A DNA stretch of 64,000 nucleotides from Candidatus Sericytochromatia bacterium (GCA_036676985.1 JAKFBU010000023.1:96001-160000), one strand, 5' to 3'. Positions 20,025 to 32,022 are shown, counted from the stretch's first letter. Made by a program: numbers and translations. Notes: generated from the sequence alone by a model not told the origin.

Positions 20025-20109
20025 CTGCTGTCGGTGGGCGATCGCTCGGAACCCGACAGCGATCGCATCTTCATAGAACTTAACGTAGTTTCGTGATACA
20101 CTGACGCCC

Positions 20110-20496
20110 ATGAAGCCACTCAAGATTCTCGTCGCCGATGACGTCACGGACAACGCCGAAATCCTGAACATCATGCTGGGCCGCCTGGGCCACCAGGTCG
20201 TGACGGCCTCGGATGCCCCCACCGCCGAGCAACTGGCCCTGGAGCACGCCCCGGACGTCGTGTTCATGGACATCGTCATGCCCGGGGCCTTCGACGGGCT
20301 CGAGGCCATCCGCCGCCTGCGCCAGCGCCATGGCTTTCGTGGTATCATCGTCTGCCAGACGGCCCAGGCGAGCCCCGGAAACGTGGCCGAGGCCCTGACG
20401 GCCGGGGCCGACACCTGCCTGACCAAGCCGTTCAAGTACAAGGACGTGCTCAGTCTGATCGAGCGCTATACGGTGAGTTTCGCCAGAGAAGGATAG
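20110..20496 (+). CDS. Single-domain response regulator (receiver)
   Basis: ILVADD, PDVVFMDIVMP, QTAQ, CLTKPF: all catalytic residues present. Confidence 0.92.
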   Translation: MKPLKILVADDVTDNAEILNIMLGRLGHQVVTASDAPTAEQLALEHAPDVVFMDIVMPGAFDGLEAIRRLRQRHGFRGIIVCQTAQASPGNVAEALTAGADTCLTKPFKYKDVLSLIERYTVSFAREG

Positions 20497-21189
20497 ATGT
20501 GCGGACGCTTTAGCCTGTCGGTCTCCCTCGAGCTCCTGGAAGGGGCGTTCGAGCTGACGGGCCTCCCCGAGCACTCCCCCCGCTACAACGTCGCGCCCGC
20601 GCAGCCCGTGGCCCTCATCCGCCGCCCCACCCCCACTTCCGAGCGGCAGTGGGACCGGCTCAGCTGGGGCCTCTTGCCCGCCTGGGCCAAGGACCCCAAG
20701 GTCCATCGCCCCATCAACGCCCGGACCGACACGGTCGCCGAGAAGCCGACGTTCCGGTCCGCCTTCCGCCAGCGCCGGTGCCTGGTGCCGGCGGACGCCT
20801 TCTTCGAGTGGCAGACGCAGGGCAGCAAGAAGCAGCCCTTCTGCTTCCGGATGGCGGATCACGGCCTGTTCGCCTTCGGCGGCCTCTGGGAGCGCTGGGA
20901 GGGGCCAGAGGGCCAGGTCATCGAGACCTTCAACCTCTTGACCACCGAGCCCAACGAGCTGGTCGCCACGGTCCACGATCGCATGCCCGTCATCATCCGC
21001 CCGGCGGACTACGACCGCTGGTTGGACCCCGCTGTACGCGATCCGGCGGCCATCTTCGGCATGATCGGCTCCTACCCCGCCCGCGCCATGATCGCCTATC
21101 CGGTCGATCAACGGGTCGGCTCCGTGCAGTTCGACGCTCCGGAGTGCCTCGTGCCCATCGAGGCCAAGGGCCAGCTCTCCCTGTTTTGA
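20497..21189 (+). CDS. SRAP family abasic-site processing protein (YedK/HMCES-like)
   Basis: N-terminal MCGRF; RYNVAP, INAR, RRCLVPADAFFEW, VHDRMPVII. Confidence 0.95.
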   Translation: MCGRFSLSVSLELLEGAFELTGLPEHSPRYNVAPAQPVALIRRPTPTSERQWDRLSWGLLPAWAKDPKVHRPINARTDTVAEKPTFRSAFRQRRCLVPADAFFEWQTQGSKKQPFCFRMADHGLFAFGGLWERWEGPEGQVIETFNLLTTEPNELVATVHDRMPVIIRPADYDRWLDPAVRDPAAIFGMIGSYPARAMIAYPVDQRVGSVQFDAPECLVPIEAKGQLSLF

Positions 21190-21260
21190 TCGCTTGACGC
21201 TAGCTGCGGCCTCGCCGCGGCGGTTATCCTGGTCCGGGAAGCCGCCACCCCGAGGTGCCC

Positions 21261-21683
21261 ATGGCCAAGGTGTTGTGCGTCAACGACTTCAAGCTCTACT
21301 CCGAGATGGTTTCCTTGATGCTCCAGCGCAAGGGAGGCCATGTCGTCCGCACCGAGATCGTGCCCTTCGCCCTGCGCGAGATCGAGGAGTTCGAGCCGGA
21401 CGTCATCGTCCTCAACATGGTGCGCAAGATGGAGGCCCTGCGCTCTCCGTTGGCCGATTTCTACGCGGAGGTCGACGGCGCACGGGCGTTCCGGGCGCTC
21501 GCCCAGCGCGAGGACCTGCACCGATACCCGATCATCCTCACGGCGATCGCCGTCGAAGAGCGCGAGGTCCCCAAGGTCCTCCCCTACCTCGCCTTCATCG
21601 AGGTCCCCGGCAAGATCGACCAGATGCTGGACATCATCGATCGCATCGTGGCCAGTCGGGGGTCGGATCTCGCCCCGGAGTAG
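21261..21683 (+). CDS. Pseudo-receiver domain protein, paralog 1
   Basis: CheY-like pattern KVLCVND...PDVIVLN...PIILTA...AFIEVP, with Asn at the phosphoacceptor position. Confidence 0.7.
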   Translation: MAKVLCVNDFKLYSEMVSLMLQRKGGHVVRTEIVPFALREIEEFEPDVIVLNMVRKMEALRSPLADFYAEVDGARAFRALAQREDLHRYPIILTAIAVEEREVPKVLPYLAFIEVPGKIDQMLDIIDRIVASRGSDLAPE

Positions 21684-21701
21684 GCCGCGCGGAGGGTGGA
21701 G

Positions 21702-22124
21702 ATGGCCAAAGTGCTCTGCATCGGCGACTTCAGGCTCTACGCCGAGATGATCGCGCTGCTGCTCGAACAACAGGGGCCGCATGAGGTCGAGGTGGAGATC
21801 GTGCCCTTCGACCTCGACGTCATCGAGCGTTTCAAACCGGACGTCCTCATCGTCAACCTGGCGCGCAAGATCGAGGCGGTTGGCGCGCCCCTGCAGGACT
21901 TCTACACGGAAGTGGACGGCGCCAAGACGCTCAAGGCGCTGCAGACCAATCCCTCCCTGCAGCAATATCCCCTGCTCATCACGGCCATCGCCGTCGAGGA
22001 GCGGGAGCTGCCGAGGGGCTTCCGCTACCTCGCCTTCCTCGAGGTTCCGAGCAAGTTCGACTACCTGCTCGAAACCATCGACCGCATCGCCGCGAGCCGC
22101 GGCCACGGCCTCGCCCGCGAGTAG
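21702..22124 (+). CDS. Pseudo-receiver domain protein, paralog 2
   Basis: Gapless 140-aa paralog of the upstream gene (80/140 identical by manual count); PDVLIVN. Confidence 0.7.
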   Translation: MAKVLCIGDFRLYAEMIALLLEQQGPHEVEVEIVPFDLDVIERFKPDVLIVNLARKIEAVGAPLQDFYTEVDGAKTLKALQTNPSLQQYPLLITAIAVEERELPRGFRYLAFLEVPSKFDYLLETIDRIAASRGHGLARE

Positions 22125-22222
22125 CGCCATCGGCCCAAGGAAGTTTGGGCAGCATGGGGTTAGGCAAATCTCTCGCCCTCCCGGACGATGGTGGGGACAT
22201 CCCGACCGATCGAGGAGGAGCG

Positions 22223-22498
22223 ATGGCGTTTCTCATCCCGCACAACGAGCCCTCCATGACCTTGACCCTGGACCTGCACGAGGCCCTGCTCATCGTGGAC
22301 GCGCTCATGGAGCGGCGCAAGGAGCGATTCGGGCAGCCCTTTCCGGACGGCGCCGAGGTCACCTTCGAGGACCTCGTCGCGGCGGTCGGCACCGAGGAGG
22401 ACGCCGAGGACTTCCTGGCGATGATGGAGCTCGAGTCGGCCGTCATCGAGGCCCTCCAGATCTTCGAGGAGGAGGACGACGACGCGGACGAGGAGTAG
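22223..22498 (+). CDS. Small highly acidic hypothetical protein
   Basis: RBS GAGGAGGAG then ATG at 22223; 91 aa ending EEEDDDADEE; high-GC3 frame. Confidence 0.7.
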   Translation: MAFLIPHNEPSMTLTLDLHEALLIVDALMERRKERFGQPFPDGAEVTFEDLVAAVGTEEDAEDFLAMMELESAVIEALQIFEEEDDDADEE

Positions 22499-22583
22499 GC
22501 CCGTGGGGTGGCGCTCCGGCTCTGATCGCGCTATCGTAGTAGCAGCCACAGGTTGAGCGCGACGAACGCCGAAAGGACCCCCC

Positions 22584-23795
22584 ATGAACGATCTGGCCAA
22601 CGCCCTCCACACGTCCGATTACATCGCCAAGGAAGAGCGCTTCGGCGCCCACAACTACCATCCGCTGGATCTCGTCATCGAGTCCGGCCAGGGCGTGTGG
22701 CTCTACGACGTCGAGGGCCGCCGCTTCATGGACTTCCTGAGCGCCTACTCCTCGGTCAACCAGGGCCACTGCCACCCGCGCATCCTCGAGGCCCTCAAGA
22801 GCCAGGCCGAGCGCGTGACCATCACCTCGCGCGCCTTCCGCAACGACCAGCTCCCGCTCCTCTACGAGCAGCTCGTCGAGCTGTCGGGCTTCGAGCGCGT
22901 GCTGCCCATGAACACGGGCGCCGAGGCCATCGAGACGGCCATCAAGGCGGTCCGCAAGTGGGGCTACCAGGTCAAGGGCATCCCCGCGGACCAGGCCGAG
23001 ATCATCGTGTGCGCCAACAACTTCCACGGCCGCACCACCACCATCACGGGCTTCTCGACCGAGCCGAGCTACCGGGAGGGCTTCGGCCCCTTCACGCCGG
23101 GCTTCAAGATCGTGCCCTTCGGCGATCTCGCGGCGCTCGAGGCGGCCATCACGCCCAACACCTGCGCCTTCTTGACCGAGCCCATCCAGGCCGAGGCGGG
23201 CGTGCTGATTCCGACCGCCGGCTACCTCAAGGGCGTGCGCGAGCTCTGCGACAAGCACAACGTGCTGTTCATTGCCGACGAGATCCAGACGGGCCTCGGC
23301 CGCACGGGCAAGCTCTTCGCCTTCGAGCACGAGGGCGTGCGGCCCGACGTGCTGGTGCTGGGCAAGGCGCTGTCGGGCGGCTTCTACCCGGTGTCGGCCA
23401 TGCTCGCCAACAGCGCGGTCATGGACGTGTTCAAGCCGGGTCAGCACGGCTCGACCTTCGGGGGCAATCCGCTGGGGTGCGCCGTCGCGCGCGCGGCGCT
23501 GTCGGTCCTGGTCGACGAGAAGCTGGTCGAGCGCTCCGCCGAGCGTGGCGCCTACTTCATGGACAAGCTCAAGAGCCTCAAGAGCCCCCTCATCAAGGAC
23601 ATCCGCGGCCGCGGCCTCCTGTTCGGCATCGAGCTCACGGAGTCGGCTCGCCCCTACTGCGAGCGCCTGATGGCCGAGGGGCTCCTCTGCAAGGAGACCC
23701 ACGACACCGTCATCCGCCTGGCGCCTCCGCTCGTCATCGGCCAGGAGGAGATCGACTGGGCCTTCGAGCGGATCAAGAAGGTCCTCGAAGCGTAA
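22584..23795 (+). CDS. rocD: Ornithine--oxo-acid aminotransferase
   Basis: [80 protein letters not shown]. Confidence 0.96.
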   Translation: MNDLANALHTSDYIAKEERFGAHNYHPLDLVIESGQGVWLYDVEGRRFMDFLSAYSSVNQGHCHPRILEALKSQAERVTITSRAFRNDQLPLLYEQLVELSGFERVLPMNTGAEAIETAIKAVRKWGYQVKGIPADQAEIIVCANNFHGRTTTITGFSTEPSYREGFGPFTPGFKIVPFGDLAALEAAITPNTCAFLTEPIQAEAGVLIPTAGYLKGVRELCDKHNVLFIADEIQTGLGRTGKLFAFEHEGVRPDVLVLGKALSGGFYPVSAMLANSAVMDVFKPGQHGSTFGGNPLGCAVARAALSVLVDEKLVERSAERGAYFMDKLKSLKSPLIKDIRGRGLLFGIELTESARPYCERLMAEGLLCKETHDTVIRLAPPLVIGQEEIDWAFERIKKVLEA

Positions 23796-23806
23796 CGCCC
23801 CACGTC

Positions 23807-23839
23807 AGCGGCCCGCCTCCAAGGGAGGCGGGCCGCTTT
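23807..23839. terminator. Hairpin between convergent rocD and the flavoprotein gene
   Basis: 14-bp stem agcggcccgcctcc-aag-ggaggcgggccgct followed by TTGTT. Confidence 0.75.
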
Positions 23840-23857
23840 GTTCGGGCAGGCGCGGCG

Positions 23858-25015
23858 CTAGATGACCATGACCTCTTCGACGCCCATGGCCTCCTCCCCC
23901 GCGAAGCGCTCGATCGAGAGCGAGGAGACGTCGATGGCGGGCGCCTGGCCCATGGCCATGGCGGCGATGACCTCGCCGCACGCGGGCGCGTGCATGAAGC
24001 CGTGGCCGCTGAAGCCCGCCGCCACGATGGCGTTGCGGAACTGGGGCAGTGGGCCGAGGATCGGGTGGTGGTCCGGCGTGACCTCGTAGAGGCCCGCCCA
24101 GCTCGCTGCGATGGCGGACTCCTCGAGGCGCGGGATGCGCGCGATCGCCGCCTCGACGATCTCGACGGTGAAGGCCTCGTCCACGTTGGTGTTGAACGCC
24201 GGCTGCTCGGCCTTGTTGGCGAGGCCCAGGAGCATGCCGTTGGACTCGGGGTGCATGTAGATGCCCGAGCCGTTGTCGACCATCATGGGCCAGCGCATGT
24301 CCACCCAGTCCATGGGGGCGGTGGTCACGATCTGCCGGCGGATGGGGACGATGGGGATGTCCACGCCCAACAGCTTGCCGAGCTCGCCGGTCCAGGCGCC
24401 CGAGGCCAGGATGACCTGGTCGCAGGCGATGTCGCCCTGGGGCGTCTTGACGGCCAGCACGCGATCGCCCGCCACCTCGAAGCCCGTGACGGGACGCTCG
24501 GGGTGGATGGTGACGCCGAGCTGCCTGGCGACCTTGAGGTAGCCCTGGTGGAAGCCGTGCGGGTCTGCGAGGCCGTCGATGGCGCAGTAGTTGCCGCCGA
24601 GCACGTCGGAGACCTCGAGCTCGGGACAGAGGTCGCGGATCCGGTCGGGACCGAGGAGCTCGACGGGCACGCCGTGCGCGCGCTGGAAGGCCGCGGCCGC
24701 CTGCGATCGCTCCCACTGCTCGGGGCTCGTGGACATGAACAGGTAGCCCACCTGGCGGAAGTCGACCTCGACGCCCATCTCCTCGGCGAAGCGCTCGAAC
24801 TGGGGGATGGAGGCCAAGGACAGCTGGACGTTGACGGCCGTGCTGAACTGCGCCCGGATGCCGCCCGCGCACTTGGCGGTGGATTCCTTGCCGAAGAAGA
24901 GTTCCTTGTCGAGGAGGACGACCTCCTGCATGCCGCTCTTGGCGAGGTGATAGGCGATCGCCGCCCCGATGATCCCGCCGCCGATGACGACGACCTGCGC
25001 GCGCTCCATGGCCAC
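23858..25015 (-). CDS. DAO-family FAD-dependent oxidoreductase (sarcosine oxidase beta / proline dehydrogenase beta-like)
   Basis: VVVIGGGIIG, STAKCAGGIRAQF, WAGLYEVTPDHHPILG, GFSGHGFMHAP. Confidence 0.9.
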   Translation of the reverse strand: MAMERAQVVVIGGGIIGAAIAYHLAKSGMQEVVLLDKELFFGKESTAKCAGGIRAQFSTAVNVQLSLASIPQFERFAEEMGVEVDFRQVGYLFMSTSPEQWERSQAAAAFQRAHGVPVELLGPDRIRDLCPELEVSDVLGGNYCAIDGLADPHGFHQGYLKVARQLGVTIHPERPVTGFEVAGDRVLAVKTPQGDIACDQVILASGAWTGELGKLLGVDIPIVPIRRQIVTTAPMDWVDMRWPMMVDNGSGIYMHPESNGMLLGLANKAEQPAFNTNVDEAFTVEIVEAAIARIPRLEESAIAASWAGLYEVTPDHHPILGPLPQFRNAIVAAGFSGHGFMHAPACGEVIAAMAMGQAPAIDVSSLSIERFAGEEAMGVEEVMVI

Positions 25016-25213
25016 TTCATTCTCCCCCGGCTACGGGCCGGAAACAGTCCTGCGGCCCAATTGTAGCAGGGCGCGCGCCGCATGACCAGGCAATCGTAGC
25101 GCTATCGGGGCGCGAGCGCCCGCCCGCGCCGCAGCCTGGTCGCTCCACGCCCCAAACAGCGGGCGCCAGGCCTAAAAGCGGCCTGGCGCCCGGGGATGGA
25201 AGGAAAGGGGGGC

Positions 25214-25912
25214 CTAGTCCTCGAGGGTCGGCCCGTACTGCCGCGAGCCGACGGTGATGCCCGTCATGTAGGTCGCGTAGGTCTCGAACAGCGTGTCCAC
25301 CTGCTGACGGTAGCGGGTGAAGGTCGAGGCCGGGAGCGTTCCCTTCGCCACCGCGCCCTCGAGGATTACGAGCGCCGCCTGGGCGGACTCCAGGGTGCGC
25401 GAGCTGGTGTCGATCCAGGTGAGGAGGCGGTTGAAGTCCGTGGGGGGCTTGGCGATCGCCGCTCCGTCGATGGTCTGACGGGCCTTGGTGATGGCGACGG
25501 CCTCCGGGCTCGGCGCGGGCGGCTTGGGGGTGACGGGCGGCTTCGGCGTGACCGGGGGCTTGGGGGTCACGGGCGGCTGGGGAGTGACCGCGCCCGTGTT
25601 CAGCTTGATGACGTCGCCGGGGTAAATCCACCAGCCGTCCGCCGCGCGGCGACGGCCCTTGGAGTCGCGGCCGTCCCGGAAGATCTCGGGGTTGAGGCGC
25701 TTGAGGGTGGCGACGGAGACGCCCGTCTTCTGCGCGATCCGCTCGATGGTGTCGCCCTTGACCACCGTGTAGGTCCGCGGGCGGGCGGCAGCCGTGGGCA
25801 CGTAGGCGTCCTGCAGGGCCGCGCTGATGATGGCCTCGGGCGTCTGGGCCAAGAAGCGCTTGGGGGAACTCGTGACCGGCAGCGGGTGGAGGTCGAACGT
25901 CGTGAGCGTCAT
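25214..25912 (-). CDS. LysM domain protein with Pro-rich linker
   Basis: YTVVKGDTIERIAQKTGVSVATLKRLNP...IYPGDVIKL, then a (VTPKPP)n linker and a helical C-terminal domain. Confidence 0.85.
   Translation of the reverse strand: MTLTTFDLHPLPVTSSPKRFLAQTPEAIISAALQDAYVPTAAARPRTYTVVKGDTIERIAQKTGVSVATLKRLNPEIFRDGRDSKGRRRAADGWWIYPGDVIKLNTGAVTPQPPVTPKPPVTPKPPVTPKPPAPSPEAVAITKARQTIDGAAIAKPPTDFNRLLTWIDTSSRTLESAQAALVILEGAVAKGTLPASTFTRYRQQVDTLFETYATYMTGITVGSRQYGPTLED
25518..25589 (-). repeat. Four 18-bp coding tandem repeats (VTP[QK]PP)
   Basis: ggcggcttgggggtgacg-type units repeated four times inside the LysM gene. Confidence 0.8.
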
Positions 25913-26038
25913 TACGAAAAACTCCCGTCTTGGTGGCGTAGGGTTCTAGACGGGTTATGGGGCCTTAACGAGCTGTACACTCTCGCCTTGGCCAAAGCTT
26001 GACCAAGGCTTAACTGTTCGTTTACCTCTGGACGCCGC

Positions 26039-28288
<2,250 letters not shown>

Positions 28289-28603
28289 GGTGGGAAAGCT
28301 CCTTCTAGGCCTCAATTCTAGCGCGTCCCAGGGCATCTATCAAACGCAAGACGGCCAGTTGCGCGGATCTGAGACGTTTCTAACGGTGAAACGAGCCTCG
28401 CGACCGGGCGTGCGAGAGAAAATTTTCTCCCCTCTGCACAAGCCCGCAGGAATGACCGGCCCTAGAGGCGGGCGACAGGAGGCAAGACGTGACGAGCGGG
28501 CGTTTTCAACGGGCCCCATGGCCCCTAGGCTCATGCGGAAGGCGGCACCCAGGTGGGCAGCCTGGCGGCCGAGTGCGAGTGCGAGTGAAGGAGGGGAAAC
28601 CGC

Positions 28604-29095
28604 ATGAAGGCGATGGTGGGAACGGCGTTGGCACTCAGCCTGGCGCTGGTCGGATGCCAGGGCAACGAGAACCAGGGCGGTGGCGGCGGAACGACCGCCG
28701 ACAAGCAAACCCAGGCCGAACGGACTGACGAGCGCGCCGGCACGATGGGGCGCGATACGACCGAGAAGCTGCAGCAGCAGACCCACGACAACCTGCGGGA
28801 CGCCACCAAGAACGCCAGCGAGGCCCGGACCAGCGTGGCGAAGAAGGACTGGCCCGCGGCCAAGGACAACCTGGACGAGGTCCAGGACGATCTCAACAGC
28901 GTCGTCAAGGACATCCACCCGAGCAAGCAGGCCGAGGTCACCCAGATCCGGGCCATGGCGGACAAGGCGCATGCCTCCGTCAAGAACCACTCGGCCAACG
29001 CCCAGCAGGATATCGACAGGCTGGTCGCCGGCCTCAACAAGTTCACCACCTCCGAGGTCAAGGCAGGCGGCGGCAAGCCCACCCAGAAGAAGTAG
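28604..29095 (+). CDS. Lipoprotein of unknown function
   Basis: Lipobox LVGC after a hydrophobic signal; charged helical body; RBS AAGGAGG. Confidence 0.8.
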   Translation: MKAMVGTALALSLALVGCQGNENQGGGGGTTADKQTQAERTDERAGTMGRDTTEKLQQQTHDNLRDATKNASEARTSVAKKDWPAAKDNLDEVQDDLNSVVKDIHPSKQAEVTQIRAMADKAHASVKNHSANAQQDIDRLVAGLNKFTTSEVKAGGGKPTQKK

Positions 29096-29100
29096 CCATG

Positions 29101-29143
29101 AAAAAAGCAGGCCGCCCGGTATCGGGCGGCCTGCTCGTCTTTT
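29101..29143. terminator. Bidirectional terminator
   Basis: AAAAA-agcaggccgccc-ggtatc-gggcggcctgct, then cgtcTTTT, between convergent genes. Confidence 0.8.
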
Positions 29144-29150
29144 CGGGGGA

Positions 29151-29573
29151 CTAGGTCCGATAGAACCAGGCCGCCGCCTTGGTGTGGAAGAAGGCCACGA
29201 TCAGGCAGACGACGGTGATCGCGAGGCCGAAGGTCAACGCCCCCGAGATGCTCTCGGCGATGAACGGGGTGATGGCCATGCCGCCCACCACCTTGTTGGT
29301 GAGGGCCGTGGCGCCCAGGCCGTAGAGCCAGATGGGCGCGATGACGCCCAGCACGATGGTCGCCCACCACGCGACGTTCGCCTTGAAGGCGCCCATCATC
29401 CAGGACTTCATCGAGCGCTGGGGGAAGGCCAGGCCGAACCAGTACGATCCCATGAAGGTGAAGACGACGGTGAAGACGAAGAGCAGGATGAGCTGGCCCG
29501 CACCACCCGGATACCAGTAGCCGTGGTGCATGTAGCCGAGACCAGAGTTGGCGCTGGCGAGTGCGATCTGCAT
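29151..29573 (-). CDS. Small membrane protein (3 TM), unknown function
   Basis: Three hydrophobic segments; RBS AAGGAGAG; high-GC3 frame. Confidence 0.7.
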   Translation of the reverse strand: MQIALASANSGLGYMHHGYWYPGGAGQLILLFVFTVVFTFMGSYWFGLAFPQRSMKSWMMGAFKANVAWWATIVLGVIAPIWLYGLGATALTNKVVGGMAITPFIAESISGALTFGLAITVVCLIVAFFHTKAAAWFYRT

Positions 29574-29683
29574 GACGAGGAATCTCTCCTTGGAAGGGAT
29601 GCTGGTGCGATGAGCGGGCCCGGTCGTTGGGCTGAGCTATTTTACCACAGCTTGGCCGCTTTGATCTCCGCCCACACGATTGT

Positions 29684-30274
29684 TTACGCCAAAGGCAGGA
29701 CGGCGATCGCCCGTGGCTCGGCCGGACAGGCCGCAAGACACTGACCGCACCCCGTGCAACCCAGCGGTACCACCAGAGGACGTCCCTCCGAGAGGACGAT
29801 CCCCTGCTCGCCCACCGGACACGCGTCCACGCATGCCCGGCAATCCTGGCCCTGATGAGCCAGGCAGCGATCGGAGGCCACCTCCGCCCGACCCAGGCGG
29901 ATCGCGCGGGGGGGCGTCGGCTGGAGGGCGCCCGGCTCGCACGCGGCGATGCACGGCGTGTCGGCGCACAGGAGGCACGCCGCCGCGCCCAGGTCGTGCA
30001 TGAAGGGCGTGCCCGCGGGCGCGCCGTCGCCGCGGCCCGCGACCTTGATGGCGAAGGCGGGACAAACCCGCGCGCACGCGTCGCAGCGGGTGCAGGCCGC
30101 GAGGAACTCCGGCTCCGGGCGCGCGCCGGGCGGGCGCAGCACCGCGACCCGCCGGGGGGCGGGCGGAGGCTGCAGGCCGAGCCATGCCCCGAAGAGGCTG
30201 CCCAGCCCCTTGCCGAGGCTCGACATCCCCGCCTGGACGAAGGCCTGTCGATCGATGCGGTCGTTGGGGTCCAT
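29684..30274 (-). CDS. NapF/NapG/MauM-like poly-4Fe-4S ferredoxin
   Basis: LRPPGA; CTRCDACARVCP; CLLCADTPCIAAC; CRACVDACP; CTGCGQCLAACP. Start taken at MDPND (30274). Confidence 0.88.
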   Translation of the reverse strand: MDPNDRIDRQAFVQAGMSSLGKGLGSLFGAWLGLQPPPAPRRVAVLRPPGARPEPEFLAACTRCDACARVCPAFAIKVAGRGDGAPAGTPFMHDLGAAACLLCADTPCIAACEPGALQPTPPRAIRLGRAEVASDRCLAHQGQDCRACVDACPVGEQGIVLSEGRPLVVPLGCTGCGQCLAACPAEPRAIAVLPLA

Positions 30275-30448
30275 GCCCCACAGCATAGCAAACCCAGGCG
30301 CCACAACGCATCCCCCTGCCGCCCGGGGCTGAAGCCCCGTCGCCGCGGCCCTCACGAAGTGAGCGGAGCTTGTCAAGATTGTAAACATCTATTAAGTTAG
30401 CGCCATCGCACGCGTCTCGACCCTTTTGCCCATGGGAAGGAGGCCATC

Positions 30449-31144
30449 ATGGATCGGGAGTTCAATCGACCGGAGGTCGGCACCGCGGCTGACGTCCGGC
30501 GGAGCATGATCATGGCGCGGGACGTCGCGCCCACCCACCCCGAGCTGATCGAGAACCTCGGCATCACCCGCCTGGAGAAGGTGGAGCCCTTCGGCTCCGA
30601 CCTCATCCACTGGGGGTCCATCTGGGGCGGCTTCTTCATGTACCTCGCCCTGACGCTGATCCTGGTGGCCGCGTCCATCTCGGTCGGCGCGCTCGCCGTG
30701 ACCCCGACCGGCGCGACCCCGCCCGCCGGGCAGGTGGCGGGAACCGTCGGCGTGACGATGGGCATCATCCTGCTGCTGGCGACCTTCGCCGGCGCGGTCC
30801 TGGGGGGCTGGACCTCCAACCTACGCTCCCGCTGGCCGGCCCTGGTCAACGGCCTCGTGTACGCCGCCCTGGTCGTCTGCGCGCCGGTCCTCATGACGAT
30901 CCTGCTCGGCATCCTGAGCGCCAGCGCCACGGCCGGAGCCGTCGCCCAGGCCCAGGCCACCCAGGGCAACGTCTTCATGCCGGGCCTCACCATGAACAGC
31001 GCCCTGGTGGACGCTGTCGCGGCCAATGTCGGCTGGTTCTCCCTGGGCTCGATCCTCATGCTGGTCGTCGGCGCCGTCGGCTACTTCGTCGGCATGCGCG
31101 CCCACCTGGCGGATCTCGGCCTCAAGCGCATGAACCGCACCTAG
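30449..31144 (+). CDS. 4-TM membrane protein, unknown function
   Basis: IHWGSIWGG followed by four hydrophobic helices; RBS AAGGAGG. Confidence 0.75.
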   Translation: MDREFNRPEVGTAADVRRSMIMARDVAPTHPELIENLGITRLEKVEPFGSDLIHWGSIWGGFFMYLALTLILVAASISVGALAVTPTGATPPAGQVAGTVGVTMGIILLLATFAGAVLGGWTSNLRSRWPALVNGLVYAALVVCAPVLMTILLGILSASATAGAVAQAQATQGNVFMPGLTMNSALVDAVAANVGWFSLGSILMLVVGAVGYFVGMRAHLADLGLKRMNRT

Positions 31145-31152
31145 CTGCCGCC

Positions 31153-31185
31153 GCGAGGGCCCCGTCCGCTGGGCGGGGCCCTCGC
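31153..31185 (+). terminator. GC hairpin
   Basis: gcgagggccccg...cggggccctcgc immediately after the stop at 31144; no U-tract. Confidence 0.5.
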
Positions 31186-31278
31186 CCTACAGGCGTGTCA
31201 GGCTGGGATTCCACTTAATAGTTTGTTACAATCGTCGCAAAGCCGCATGGAATGGTTGCTTGGGGAGGAGGGGAAAGT

Positions 31279-32022
31279 ATGCCGTTCAACCTCTATGACG
31301 CGATCGCGGCGGGGCTCTGGGCGACCGTCGCGTTCACGGGGTTCATGACCCTCATGCTCGCGCTGGGCTTCGTCCACGTGGACTTTGCCCGCCTCTTGGG
31401 CGGCATCTTCATGCCCCGCCTCGACCGGACGGCCGCCGTGGTGGGCCTGATCGTGAACTACGTCATCGGCGTGGGGTTCGGCCTCGTCTACGCGGCCATC
31501 TTCGCCTACGTGGGGATCGGCGCCGTCCTCTGGCTCACGACGATCGTGGGGGCGGGCTTCGGCCTCTACCACTGGATCCTGTCCATGCCCCTCTTGAGCA
31601 TCGGCCGCGTCCTCAACCCGCACATCAAGCGGGGCGAGGAGCCCGACCCCGGCATCTGGGGGATCCACTACGGGCCCCAGGAAGCCTTCTTCCGGCTGAT
31701 CGGGCACGTGATCTACGGCTCGGTCTTCGGCTTCGCGTACACGGCAATCGCCCTGCTCAACGGGACGGCCACCGGAGAGACCGCCTTCGGCAACGGCACG
31801 GCCATCCTGCTCGCCTTGGTGCTCGCCGGTGCGGTCGTCTACCTCTACATCGCATGGGCGCACCCCGAGCGGAACGAGGGGGTCGTCTTCCAGGCGGGCG
31901 AGCCCTCCGCTGACGACGAGCGCTGGCAGGCGCGCCAGGACCTGCGCATGCGCTACGAGCACGGCGAGATCACCTGGGAGGAGTACCAGATCCTGCGCCG
32001 CGCGTACGCGAGCGAACCCTAG
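31279..32022 (+). CDS. Multi-TM membrane protein with C-terminal SHOCT-like motif
   Basis: ATG at 31279 after GGAGGAG; about five TM helices, GHVIYG; C-terminal LRMRYEHGEITWEEYQILR. Confidence 0.75.
   Translation: MPFNLYDAIAAGLWATVAFTGFMTLMLALGFVHVDFARLLGGIFMPRLDRTAAVVGLIVNYVIGVGFGLVYAAIFAYVGIGAVLWLTTIVGAGFGLYHWILSMPLLSIGRVLNPHIKRGEEPDPGIWGIHYGPQEAFFRLIGHVIYGSVFGFAYTAIALLNGTATGETAFGNGTAILLALVLAGAVVYLYIAWAHPERNEGVVFQAGEPSADDERWQARQDLRMRYEHGEITWEEYQILRRAYASEP

Noticed and set aside
20497-21189. SRAP gene as a marker of a prophage or SOS mutagenesis cassette
   Set aside because: No integrase, phage, imuABC/umuDC genes or recognisable LexA box nearby.
28416-28429. Palindrome GAGAAAATTTTCTC between maeB and the lipoprotein gene as a Rex site
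   Set aside because: Poor match to TTGTGAA-N4-TTCACAA and only a single instance; cannot be assigned.
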